Source: Blastocystis sp. Blastoise (lineage: Eukaryota > Protista > Bigyra: Opalinata). Taken from it: DNA of 64,000 nt. Location: NCBI GenBank assembly GCA_039096225.1, contig JBBPEB010000032.1, positions 744,001-808,000 of the forward strand. The letters run 5' to 3'. Under the pieces are notes generated by a model. The model ran no database searches. It was not told where the DNA came from and was given only the letters and a program-made list of their open reading frames with translations. Positions 1 to 37,571 of the stretch are shown in pieces (the first letter of the stretch is position 1; every line of letters starts with the position of its first letter). The position numbers and the translations under genes are program-made.

Positions 1-10429
<10,429 letters not shown>

Positions 10430-10811
10430 AATAATAATTATCTAACAAGAAAATATATAAATTCAAGTATTACGAACAAAAACAAAAATAAAATAGAAAC
10501 TAAGAAGATATTGTTAGGGAAACTATAATAAAAATAATTCTTGACTAGGAATACTTATAGTAAATTGTTCATTCTAGGGTTAACATAATATATAAATTGT
10601 AGCTATCTATGCCAAATAAATATATTTCAAATTAAATGCGAATCTAAATTAATATTCCGAAAATAAGTGGTATTTAGTTCCTGAAACGATTCTTATTTCA
10701 TAATTAGAATTTTTTTTAAAAAGAATATAATAAAAAAAAAGAATAAGTATAAAAAGATGATAAAAGAATAATAAATTAGTAAATGAGAATTGGATAAATG
10801 AATAGAAGACT

Positions 10812-11171
10812 TTAATTAGAGTAGTTATTGAATAGATTTTGATTGGAGTTGATGAGTAGAAATAGGTTTTCGTTGTTAGAATGATTATTGTTGAATGAGG
10901 TTACTGATAAGTTCGTGTTAAGGACTTGGTTGTCTATAAATGATAAAAGAAATAACAAGAATAGATAAGAATGAATAGAAAAGAAGATGAGAGAGTATAC
11001 AAAAATGGTTTTGTTCATCTAAAGACTTGAATATTTCTTTTCCTTTTGTGCAAATAACATCTAGATCGATATAATAAATAAGAATAAGTGAATACCTTCA
11101 TCATTGAGTTGTTCAGAAATCCACTCAGGATCAAAAATAGGAATATAATGATTGAATCCTATTATAGACAT
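10812..11171 (-). CDS. 85-aa protein, possibly APC13-like, copy A (introns 11061-11095 and 10934-11000)
   Basis: Removing two GT-AG introns gives the same ORF as the intronless copy 53630-53887. IFDPEWISEQLNDEDV resembles the APC13 D..W..d.L..eDv motif (weak). Confidence 0.7.
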
Positions 11172-11615
11172 ATAACAACTATCCTAGAGATGATTATTAG
11201 AATATAATTTTATAATTTTAATAATGAAAAAAGAATACAGATTGAAAAGACATTTTAAAAAATATTTTATGAATAATTTTTTATTAAAATATATTTTTGA
11301 AATATTGATTTAAAAAATAAAAATATATTATGTATTTAAGAAAGAATATAGAGTTTGAATATGTTTATATTTTATTCAGATTGTTTATATATATAATGGA
11401 TGACAACAATTGATTCCTTTTTTAAAAAAAAAGAAATATAATTTTTATTTATGATGTAATAGATAAAAGATGGATTGAAGAATAGATGTATATAAATAAA
11501 ATAATGAATAAAAAAAATATGTTTTAAAATAGATTTTTATATTTCATATGACTAATGATTTTTATAAAATAAATAATAGTTGTATGTTCTATTAAAAATA
11601 AAAGAATAAAAATGC

Positions 11616-12708
11616 TTAATTAAGATATTTGAATTGATTTGAGTAAAAGATTTCTTTCTTCCAATCATGAAGATATCTATGAATAATAAGAATGGAGAGT
11701 ATATTAACTAGATACTGATCTAATTTACTAGGTAAGGGTTCTTTAGTAATATCATATTGTTCAATATTCAAAGAATTACGAATAGAATGAATTTCTTTTT
11801 CGACTATAGATTTCTAATAGTATAATAAAAAGAAGAAGAATTAATAAATTAGTGGATAATAATATATATACTTGATTTTTATCTGTAGTCATAATTTCTA
11901 TTTCTCCAAGAGAATATAAAGTATAATTGTCCTATAAATAAATAAATATTATATTATATTATATTATATTATATTATATTATATTATATTATATTATATT
12001 ATATTATATTATATTATATTATATTATTATATACAGAATTAGTATCAAATAATTTTGCTTCATCTAAATCAATTTTTGTATGATCATTACTATTTATTTA
12101 TAATAAAAATATAATAAATAAATAATAATAAATATATAATAAATAAAAATATAAACAATAAAAAACATAATAAATATACATTTGATATGTAGTTCGAGTA
12201 GTTTCAATAATAGCATATATATTCATATTATGATGATGAATAAATTCTTCTACAGTTAAAGAATTCAAATTCTTTTCATTAAAGAATCGATTTAATTCAA
12301 TAATTACTTTATCATTACCTTCAGTCTCTCTTCATATTTATAATAATAAAAAAGAGAAATAATACTTAAATATAGTTGATTTAACCGTTTTATCATATGA
12401 ATGATCTTTTATATGAAGACCTTCTTTAGTTTCCCAAATAGATGCTCGATTTCTTAAATAAATATTCTGATTTAACAGAAATAAAGAAGTTGTATCGTAA
12501 TATCTAAAGAAATAATAATATTAAAAGAAACTACATAATCATACTTATCAATAAATGTTTTCTTTCCAATATAAATAGCATGAATAGAATTTAATTGTGG
12601 AAGTAATGTAGACAAATTATATTTGAATTTCTGTTCTATCTATAGAATAATATATTCTATATATAATAATAGAATAAATACTTCGATTGTTTTATTAATT
12701 GTATTCAT
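11616..12708 (-). CDS. CYTH-domain thiamine triphosphatase-like protein, copy A (7 introns)
   Basis: Spliced protein has IEIEQKF (ExExK), FIDKYYDT, YLRNR..WETK, IDLDEA, GEIEIM and PSKL, collinear with the motifs of mammalian THTPA. Confidence 0.8.
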
Positions 12709-12846
12709 ATTGATAAAAATACTAAAAGAGAATTGAAAAGTCTGCGAAAACTCTATTGATTTCCCACTCTTTTCTTTCTTGTTTGTGTTTAAAGAAATTA
12801 ATTATTTTCTTTTTTTTATAATAAAATATAAAAAACTATAATAATA
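12709..12846. promoter_or_regulatory. 138-bp divergent promoter shared by THTPA-like and DHFR-TS (same in copy B, 51953-52090)
   Basis: Head-to-head ATGs at 12708(-) and 12847(+); contains gcgaaaa and tttcccac. Confidence 0.6.
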
Positions 12847-14886
<2,040 letters not shown>

Positions 14887-15311
14887 TTCTAACTGTAAAA
14901 CACATTTGACATCATAAAACATACGAATTGCTACGTATACTTGCCATTATAGTTATATTGTCTAAATTATCAAATTGTTTCATACATATTTATTTGGATT
15001 CATTTTTCGTTTTACAAATTATTATTTATACAATAACATGCATATAAAAGTATTATAAATATTAAAATTAGATAATAAACAATTATATGAAAAGAAATTA
15101 GTTTATAATATTTTTTTATTTTTCATAGAAATCAATGAAAGACAACTCTCTAAATATGTTTAATAAAATTACAGAGGATAGAATTGTGTTAAACGATTTA
15201 ATTAAAACAAACATTTATTTAAATGAATACTTCTCAATTTGAGCCTAAAATTCGTTTTTTTACATGGGATTATCGAATATCTCATTCTTTTAAAAGATTC
15301 TTTTAATTTCT

Positions 15312-15894
15312 ATGACTAATGCATTAGAGCCAAAAGAGTTCTTATATTGGAGAGACGAACAGCTTTACGATTCGATTGTCCTTATTTTTGCGCATCACCT
15401 AAAATTTATTAAAGAAGATGAAGTTAAAAAAGGAATATATACATTATTTGGGAAGAAAATAAATAAAGTAGAATTATGTGGTATTATTGTTAGTGATATT
15501 CAGAAAGAAGACTATCATCTTATAACAATTGATGATGGGACTGGATTGGCTAAATGTACACTATGGAATCGTCTTTATGAGCAATGCTTCGAAACAAATG
15601 ATGATTCTATATGTCAATTGGTCAAACTTTGTGGTACAATAAAAAATATTCCTTTTGGTGGTGTATACGCTGCTTCTTCAGATTCCTGTCTTAGTTCTAT
15701 GTATATATTAGTAACTAAAAAATGATTATATATTATATTTAAGATATTTTTGTAATGTATTAGAATATATATATATATATAGAAGAGTAACTATTTCAAA
15801 TATGAAGATAGTCAATGATTGTAATGAAGAAATGGTACAATGGCTTAAAGTGATAAAGGCACACAAATTGAATTTTAATAAGAATAATAGTTAG
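15312..15894 (+). CDS. STN1: STN1-like OB-fold protein (CST complex), 1 intron
   Basis: KINKVELCGIIV...ITIDDGTGLAKCTLW with an STN1-type N-terminus; second exon ...DCNEEMVQWLKV. A separate bona fide RPA2 lies at 60230-61612. Confidence 0.7.
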
Positions 15895-16273
15895 TTCACA
15901 TTTTTAGAATTTTTTTTTTTTTAATGTTTTTTTATTTGTTTATTTTGTACGAATTGCAAAAGAATAGTATATTGTTACGCTTTTAAATTTATTAAATAAG
16001 AAAAACATAAATAAATTTGATACTTTTTGTATATATATATGAGTTATTATTCAAATTTTTAATAAAAAATGTTGGAAATAATAAAAGACATTGACTAAAA
16101 ATATAGTATAGAATGTACCTTATTAATTAAAAAGAATGAATTGTGTAGTAATCAATAATGATTTTGACAGTAAACAAATTAGTATATTGAATAATTAATC
16201 CCCAAAAAAGCAAGTAATAATAAATATAAATTATTTTCAAAATGATTAAAAAAACATAAAATAAATAATTCGA

Positions 16274-27362
<11,089 letters not shown>

Positions 27363-27588
27363 TTTTGCTCCTAATTGATAAAAGAAGTATTAGCTGATCG
27401 CGCGTGTATTAAGTTAGCTGAATGAACGTGAATAAAACAAGAAAAACGAAAGTGTAATTTCAAGAATACTTTTTTTATTTGGAAAATTTTCAAAGACTTA
27501 GTATCAATGACTACTATTTCCGTGATTTTTTATTTAGAAAAAGAAACAAAAAGGAAAAGTAGTAAGTTGTTTTTTATCAAATTAATCT

Positions 27589-29535
27589 ATGCTTCGCATA
27601 AGTCTTCTCAAGTATGCTTATATTATGTTAAAATCATATTACTAAAATACTCTAAAGCAACTAAATCCTCTAAAAAAGTTCTGTTCAATGTCATCAGACC
27701 TTCAAGTGATCGATCTATGGTGACATTGTGCACTAAATCATCGAGAAAGATTGGTGATGTTGAAAATAGATGCTATTTCCCTCGTTATTTAACAGATGCG
27801 ATACCAAAGTCTGATGCCACGTCTAAGGTTTCTGAAACTATCAAGACTGTAGAGAGGACCGTTGTTGATACTGCTAAAGAAACTGCTAAACCTCAAGAAT
27901 CAGTCAAAGCAGAACAAATTGTTGAGAATACTTCAGTAAAAGAAACTACAGCAGCTTCTAAAAGTAAGAAAGATAAGAAATCAAAGGATAAGAAGAAGAA
28001 GCGTGAACCAATGACATTTGGTGAGTTTTGTCTTATTTTCGGTTCACTATCATTTTTTGGAGGCTTAGGTGTTTATTTTGTTAAAATTAGTAAAGAAAAT
28101 AAAAGAAGACAAAAAGTTGAAGTATATAGGTGATTTTTTAAATCTTTTACCTTTTTTTTTATTTATTAATATATTATTTTTTTGTTATATATATAATAGT
28201 AAGTGTTATTATATATATATATAGGATGATTATGAAGAATCTTGTCCTTTGAATCCACCAGAAAGTATTAATTTGAACTTTTTAAATAATGTTCAGTATA
28301 TATTTAATAGTTTATATATAAATATTATTTCTTTTTGATTATATATATATATATATTAGTCCTGAAGCTTATCGATATTTATGGGAATTATTAGTTTCTA
28401 ATGGTAAAACAGAAATCACTTTAAATGAGTTTTATGATTATATTGAAAAAATTGGAATTCCAAAAGAACAATTACATGGACGTGTATATATATATTTTTA
28501 TATATTATAAATATATATTTATTATTACTTATTAATTATTATATATCATGTATATATAGAGTGATTATGAACGTTTAATTCGTAAAATTCAAAATGATAT
28601 TTATATGTCAGATCCAAGTGTATATATATCTATTATTATTATTATTATTATTAATATGTTAAATATATATATATATATATATAGAAATATGATGAACTTC
28701 AAAAACAATATGAAGAATCTATTAAGGATCAAAAACAAAATATTTCTACTAAAAAAGAGACTAGTGGTTCTTCTTGGAGTTTATATTCCTTTATAACTTC
28801 ATTAAATCCTTTATCTATTAATAATATCTATGGTATTCATTATAACCAAACAACAAATAATAAAGATACGACTGAAAATAATATTAAATCGACTGAAAAT
28901 AATATTAAATCGACTGAATCTGCTGAAGAAGATAATGACCATGTCATGGATCTTATAGAAGAAAAACCAATTGATACAAATCATGTTAACTATGATTTAA
29001 TTCCTATTCCAGTATCTGTTCTTATGTCATCTTTCCTTCATCTTCTTGGAGGGGATATAGATACTAAAATTGATATTATTTATGATATATATAAAGGGTA
29101 TAGTTTATATATTATTAATATATATATTTATTTATAATTATTATTATATAGTAAAAATGAAAATATGTCACATGAACAATTCATCAACTTAATTTGTATA
29201 TATATAATTATAATAAATATATAATAATTAACACATAATAATAAACATATAATAATACATATAATATCCTAAAATTCATTTCTCTAGCTGATCTGTTTAT
29301 ATGTTATCATTTAAACAGTGATTATATGGTAGAAATAGAAAAAGATGGTTTTATTAGCCATTATCGACTTAGTACTATTCAAGAATTAGCCCAACAAGCT
29401 TTAGAAAAACGTGAGAAGATTGCTCATATATCTCAAGAGATGGATATTAATAGAGAAGAATTAAAAGCTATGTTAACCGATATACCTATTTGTATTTGGG
29501 GTGAATGTCAACGACTAGTTCAAAGAAATAATTAA
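27589..29535 (+). CDS. Single-TM protein with degenerate EF-hand-like C-terminus, possibly mitochondrial; start uncertain (27507 or 27589)
   Basis: Basic/hydroxylated N-terminus, TM segment FCLIFGSLSFFGGLGVYFV, ITLNEFYDY and GDIDTKIDIIYDIY..MSHEQF motifs across spliced exons. Confidence 0.55.
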
Positions 29536-30079
29536 AAATATTATTATATTTATTCTATATATAAATATTTATTCTTTATATTTTGTTTTTTTCCTTATAA
29601 ATCATATCTTCATTTTTTAAAATAGTTATTTTATGTTTTGTTTATTGAGATCCTTTCTTAGAATATATCTATACTTAGAATATATTTCAGATATTTACAC
29701 TTATTTAGTTTTCTAAAAGAATGATTTAATGTTATTCTTAAAAAGAATAGAGAATATGGTAATATTTCAAATATTTTATTCAAAAAAAAAACAATAAAAG
29801 CTTTATTTACATACAATGTAACAACACAGATAAATAAATAAATATATATATATATAATTTATATAAAAAAGTATGAATTAATTCGTATTATAGATATTAT
29901 TGAAATAAAAAAAAATAAAGATTTAAATAAAGATTTAAAATATTTGCGTAAAAAAAAACAAAAATATTTAAATAAAAAACAAAAATAAATATCTAAATAA
30001 AAAAAAAATATCCAAATATAAAAAAAATAAGTATCTAAAAAATATTTATATAAATAAATAAATATTTAAATAAAATAGA

Positions 30080-30477
30080 CTAATCTCTTCCCCAAACTTC
30101 ATATTCTTCAACAACAAAATTGTTACAAGTATCAATTTTATTCGTATTTACAAATAAAGAGCTCTTTTGATTAGTATTTTCTTCTTCAAAAGAATGTGCA
30201 AAACACCCTGAATTAGAATTTATATGACATTGATCTGAAATACTTATATCATAACCACCTCCAAATATAGGACCTGAAGATGATAAACAGAATATACTTG
30301 TAACTACTACTTGATTCTCATATTTAGTAGGAGGAATATTATGTTCATTACTTAATGTAAATAAAAACTCTTTCGAATACATCTTCCAACCTATATATAG
30401 AATATAAAAGAATTATGTAGGATACATTTATTGGTTATTCTAAAATATATAATAATAATAATAATAAGTATAATATT

Positions 30478-30526
<49 letters not shown>

Positions 30527-31830
30527 AAAAAAAAAAAATAATAATAATAATAAAAACAATAAAAACAATAAAAACAATTTATATATACGATTTGAACTAT
30601 CCCAGCTTTGATTAGTATATCCTCCAAATATATTAATATGATTATTATTACCTATATGTTTAATGATAGTAACAGTTTCTCCTTTATTATCACAATACTT
30701 ATGGAATTCACTTGCTAAGAAATCATGTTCACTTGCTCTATAATGAAATAATGTTAAAAAAAGTCATTAAATAATACATAAAAAATACTATATATATACC
30801 TAAATAATAATTTCATTTTTTTCGGATTACCTAACCAACTTAGTAATTTAGTTTCAATATATCCATTTTCTAGAATTCTAGAATTCTTGAAGACAACCGT
30901 TTTTTTAGTTAAATATTTTTCAATAGTTGCTTTTCCTTTATCACCAAATATACTATATATTTCATTTTCCAACTGATACATATCAATATTAATTACCATT
31001 TCATCATTCATATTTATTGATTCAGTCTTCAAATATCCATATATTAGATCAATATATATATATTTCTTATTAATATAAAAGTAGTCATCTATAGAGTTAT
31101 AGTCAATAAAACCATTATCATAAGCTAATATATAATCCTTCCATAAACCATTAGTTATTAAATAATTCTTTATTTTAATATTCTTTTCATTATTAATTAT
31201 CAATTGAACTTTATCACCATTTTCATATTTCTTCTTCTTCATATCTCGCTTTTCTTTACATATAATAAGTTCTTCTGGAATAGGTAAACCGCAAAATTCA
31301 ATTAAATCCAATAAACTATATTGATCTCTCAAACTTAATTTATCTACATTTATTTTCTTATTTAATAATGTATCAATAACTAAAGGAGCACAAGAATCAT
31401 CATTAGGATAATCTAAATAAATACTTCTATCCGAAGTTCGTTGACTTTCTTCAGATTGATCAAAAAGATAACTACCTTCAAATGTTTTCAATATTCTTTT
31501 AGGAAGACTATATAAAACACCACTACTAGAAAAACGTATATATTCAACGCCATTATCATCATCAAATTCATCTAACTTTATATTTGGATTCTTAATATAA
31601 GAGTCTTCCTTAATTATTATTGTTGAATCAACACTTTCTTTTTTAGCTTCTTTAGTAGAAACTAAATAATGGCTTAACAAACTATTTATCGAATCTCCAG
31701 AATGAATACAAAAGCTTATCGACTTACTTAGAATTCCAATTAAATCGCCAATCAAACTTTCAAAATGAATCAAATCATTCTGAATATCACCAAGTTGACC
31801 TATATTGAATTCCTCTTTTTCTCTTATCAT
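30080..31830 (-). CDS. BTB/POZ(KCTD-like)-TLDc domain protein 1 (2 introns)
   Basis: LLFRASEHDFLASEFHKYCDNKGETVTII..IFGGYT..FLFTL..GPIFGGGYDI..EYEVW (TLDc); N-terminal GSYL..IYLDY (BTB-like). Confidence 0.85.
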
Positions 31831-32855
31831 CAATAACTAAACGAATAGAAACTTATATGAGAAATGAAAAATACATAAAAGAATAACAAGTTTCAATTTT
31901 TTTTAGCCGAGATTCTTTAAATATATCTTTTCATAATATAACTAATAATTATTCTAATAAAAAAATAAATTCTATTTTATATATTTGAATGGATATCGTA
32001 TCATTCAATAATAGATAAATACTAAATAGTGATCATTATTCAATATGTTTTCATATTCTTCACATATTTGGCTTTTGATATTGACTGCTCTAAATCATTG
32101 ATCATTTATACATACCTTATTATTAATCTTATTGATAAGTTATGGTGATTTATTCAATAATCGTCCCATTTTACATCTTACATACCTCCATTTCTTCAAT
32201 GACATTCTATAGCATTTAGTTGCAATTGATTTTCTTTAATATGTTGTTTATAAAACAACTATGATTCATTCTTTAAACTTTTATAAATTTTCATGGTTAA
32301 TTATTGATATTCCCTTATATTTGAATCTTTTAGACTTAAGAAATACAATATATCGTTTTCAGAAGTCTCTTCAAATTATAAATTAAAAATAAAATAGCAG
32401 ATGATATATATTGATGTGTATATTCTATAATATACAAAAACAAATCTTTAATATAAAAATCCTTAGAAAAAAACGTATGTTAAAAAAAGCCCGCGAAATC
32501 AAAATATCTACTTTTGATGAATGTTTTAATGATCCTTCACCTATTGTTGTTTAAAGCAAATTGATTCGATAAAAAAGTCGATTAACCAATCATATGTGTT
32601 AAAGTTCCTCACTGTATATATACTTAAGTATTAGGCACTTTTGACCTTTTAGAATAAATGATTGGCAGAATTCACATTTTTATCCAATCATTTTTCTTAA
32701 AATGTCAAAATGCCTAATAGTGCTTCTTGAAGACTTTAATTGAAACTTGTTATCTTCTATTCTAATTCCACAATACTTTCATTTTTTATTTGTAGCAAGT
32801 TGTTATAATTTTGTTATATATAAAGATTTGAACAATAGTTCACGATTTTGAATAA

Positions 32856-34523
32856 ATGAGCGATTTAGTACAAGAAGCTGAAAAGAAGCAAAGTATGGTT
32901 CTTATTATATGATTGCCGCCATTAATGATATTTTTTAGTATGCTTCATATTTCAAGATGAAAGCCGAGTAGAAATTCCGTTGTCATTTTTGGAACAATAT
33001 CCAGGATCACTTCTATCATTGACCTATGCAAATATTAACAATTACTTGAAAGATGAGGATGCATATTATGCTGATTGTATGCCTTTGGCTATTGAAAAAG
33101 TGGCTCATTTCTTGAACAAATCGATATCACTTTCATCTTTCTCTGTAGCTGATGTTGTTAGCGTATATAATGCATTGAAAGAGTTCTTTGGAAATGAATC
33201 TTGTACTGAAATACTTGAAGTACATAGATATTTGAGTACTCTTTTCAAAGAATTTTGTGACAATCATAATTGTTACTTGTATTTTATATTATTATATATT
33301 GTATTTTAATTTATTATATTTTGTATTTTTTATTGTATATTGAATTTTAAATAAATATTGTCTATATATGTATTCTTTTTATCATATATATATATATTGT
33401 ATTATATATTATATATATATATGTATTTTTTAGTGATGAAAAAAATTCTGATGATGATGAGGATATATTTCGTGTGAAAAGTATATGATTTTATTTATGT
33501 TTGTGTTATTCGTATATAGATTTATTCACTGAAGAAGAACGATCAGCATTTTTAGAATATTCTTGTTTATTTGATTTCCTTAATATTAAATATGTAATAT
33601 TAAACTGTATATGCTTTATAGTCATATTTCATAATATTGATTTATTAATTATATAGTTGATTTTGATGATACTGTTCCTTATGAAAATATATATCCCGCG
33701 AATTTACATGAGATCTTCCCTAAATTAGAAACTTATACTGTAAATGGTATATATATATATATATATAATTATTATTAAAAAATAATTATATATAGTTGAA
33801 TATTATTCTGAAAAGAAAGAGATATGTATAACTCCTTCTGATTCTCATTATGAAATATTATATAAAGAATATAAACGATTATGTTATAAAAAGAAACATC
33901 ATAGATCTTATGATAGTTACGCTCGTGAATACCCTGAAATAGAAATAGATTCATTAACAAGCAGTCAAATATATACTAAAGAAAAGAATACTAATGATGA
34001 AGAAGAAGGAAAGGAAGAGGAAGATGGAAAGGAAGATGATGATGATGATGAAGAAGAAGAATGTCATGATGATGATAGCTATGGTGATGACAGCTATGAT
34101 GATGACAGCTGGGATGATGATAGCGACTATGATGATGATGATGATGACAATACAAATAAACCAGATTTGTTTATAAAATCACTTTCTGATTATTCCCAAT
34201 ATAATAATACAAAACAAGATTTACCAGAAGATCAAAATACTATATCTCACGATTGTTCACGTTTTGAGTTTTCATATATCGATTCCCATAAGAGTATATA
34301 TATTTATATATAATTCATTTCTTATATTTATATAGTCAAAGATTATGATCATCCAAGTTTAGAGTATATACATAAATTAATATATATTAGATATTTGATA
34401 TTTTTTAACTATTAATAAGTCTAATTTATATATATATCTAGACATGATTCGAATAATGAAAATATTGTTTATTATATATTGAATATACCTATTTGTAAAC
34501 AACTAAAGAACTTCTCATATAAT

Positions 34524-34559
<36 letters not shown>

Positions 34560-37178
34560 TAGAAAATTCCCAAAGTTAGAAATGACTGTACCTCCTATGT
34601 TAAAAGCATTACGAGATGGAAAATTAGATTCTATTCAAACTATGAATATAATGAATTGTATAGATATATCATATAATATATACTAATTTTATTATAATTT
34701 GAAAAGAAAAAATATCTTATATAATAATTATAAACTATGAATAATCATAATATAATTATATAGTTATTCAAATAGGATCATATGATGAATATAAGCAAAT
34801 CTTTAAAGATATTATTACTACACGTGTATTTCCAAATTTAACTACTCTTACTATTGAGTGTATATATATATATACTAATTATAAGCCAATGATATTATTT
34901 TTTTTTATTATTATTATTATATTTTTATAGGTACACCTTATAATTATTCATATATACAATTCCAAGAAGAATATTTATCTTTATTTACAAGAGAACATTT
35001 CCCTGTATTACATATATATGATTTACGTGCAGTTGTACTCTGTACATGTTCTCCTTCAATGGATTTCACCTTCCTTTCCTTATTTCCTGATTCTCTAATG
35101 AAATTAATTAATAGAGTAGAATTGGCTTATAACGGAAAATATTCCTATTGTTTATATGATGATGGGTTAAACATTTTTATAAAAGCATGTCAAGCAAATC
35201 CATTAGTTATTCAGAGTATTTAATTATTATTGTTGTATATGTATTATTTGATTTTAATTACTATTATAATCAATACTTATGTTTCATACTATTTTTTCTA
35301 TTTTTATTATATTATAGCTACTCTATTTTTAAATGATTATTCTCCATTATGGAATCAACTCTATGAATTAGGAGCTCTAGATGTAGACACCATTGTTATT
35401 GATAGTATTTATATTTATATATATATATCTATTGTATACTATCATATATATGCTATTATATTATATTATTTACTATTATATAGATGGTATCGGAAGTAAC
35501 TCTTGTATAACTAGTCATGATTTCCATGAATTCAATATTAAAAATTTATATATGCGTATATTTAATTTTTCAAAATTATTATTTAAAATGATCTAATAGG
35601 TTTTATGCTTGGACAAAAAGATGAATATTTATCTTTCCACGATAATATTTCTAAGATAAATATTCCAATTATAGAAAATGTTTCTATTTCATGTATATAT
35701 ACATATATTTATATATAACTATTTTTTCAACTTCTATTTCATTTGTATATAGTTAATTACGTGTTTCTTAATGATACTCATAATGAATATTTAAGTGAAT
35801 ACTTAACTGATTTTTGTACTCTAGACTATAAATCAGTAAAAAACATTGAATTTAATGATTCACAAATGGAAACTGAAGAAAGAGACTTTTTCTCTTCAAG
35901 TGGATCTTATGACTTAAATGCAAATCAAGATGAGATCGATAAGAAAACATCTGAATTACTTTCTTGTTTTTCTAAGAGTACACAAGTAGTTTCTTTTAAA
36001 TGTAATTCTTTTTTATATTATTATTTTTTTTATATTATTATTCATTTTTTGTATAAATCAATTATATATATATATATATATCAATTAATTAAATGATTCA
36101 ATATATATAGCACCTAGTTATTTTAATTGTTTATATATATTAAAGAATTGTATGGAATTACCTATATGGACAAATGTAAAAGAATTAACATTATCATTTC
36201 GTATATATATATATTTTTTTATTATTATATATTTTATTTTAATTATTTTATTATTTTATTCCTTCTTATAATGATAATAATAATTATGTATATACTATTA
36301 TAGATCCAAAATTAGATTTCAAAGAATCATTAAATTCCCTTGTTACTGCTTTCACTAAGAATCAATTATTAAAATTGAATTCTTTAACATTATTATTTAA
36401 AGGTATATTATTATTTATTATAAATTATATTCATAATATTCTATAATAATATTTTATATATTTAGTTGAAAATGTTGATGATGTTCCTTTTATTGATTTT
36501 ATTGATATGATTCCTAAAGATACTTCTGTTTATTGCCCTAATCTTCAAAACTTCAGAGTTGAATTCTCATTTACTGGTATATATATTAGACAACCAATAA
36601 ATTTTTAATTATTAAATTCAATTATTCTTTTTCTTTCAATGAATAGTATTTATCACTCTATTTCTATATATATATATAGATAACTTCTTTAAAAACGATG
36701 ATTATATAATTTCCAATGTTCTTCATTCTTATCCTTCTGTGTGCCATTCTCTACATAAACCAATTACTTCTATTCATTCAATTAAATTTGTTTTTTCAAT
36801 GGATACAGAGTCATTCTCTGAATATTGTAAATATCTATTAGATGAAGTAATAAAAGATTATTCAAAGAATGTTCAATATATTAATTTATGTATGTTTGTT
36901 TCTATTCTTTATTTATATATATATATTTAATTTTATTTATTATTATTGTATCTATTAATATAATCATAATAGATATACAAGATGAAGAATCATTGAATAA
37001 TTTAATAAATAAAGTGATTAAAGGTGATTACCCATATTTAAAGAAACTTGAACTCAGTAGAGATTTGAGTAACATAGAAGATGACTCTTGTTTTGAACAT
37101 CTTGAAGACTTATTATATGAATATGAAAAGACATTAGATTATTCATTTGAGTATTGTTTAGATGGCTACATTATTTAA
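32856..37178 (+). CDS. Multi-exon protein with KCTD-type BTB-like N-terminus, acidic tract and degenerate LRR-like repeats
   Basis: FLEQYPGSLLS..YYAD; D/E tract at 33990-34150; FPKLE, FPNLTTL, CPNLQ and YPYLKKL repeats; many GT-AG introns. Confidence 0.65.
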
Positions 37179-37571
37179 TGAATATCATTTATATTTTATA
37201 ATATTATTGTATATCTATGATTTATTTTTATATAAATAAATATTCTCTTATTCTTTATATTTCTTATATATCATTTAAATGCTTAATTATTTATTTTAAA
37301 TTTCGTATTCAGTTTTTTTTTAAATCAGTTTATTAATATCTCAATTGTTTATTTATCTTTAATAGTGTTTAGTAGTTTATTTTTTTTAATTATCCTATTT
37401 TTTTCATAATAGATGCATTCTATAAAAACTATTTTTTACTTTATTCAGTTGATAGTGTATAGAATTAAAATAGTGTAGTTGAATTTTTAAATATATATGA
37501 AAGAAATTATAACAAACATAATATTAATAAAAAATAAGATTATTTATAATATATATATATTTTTCAAAAAT

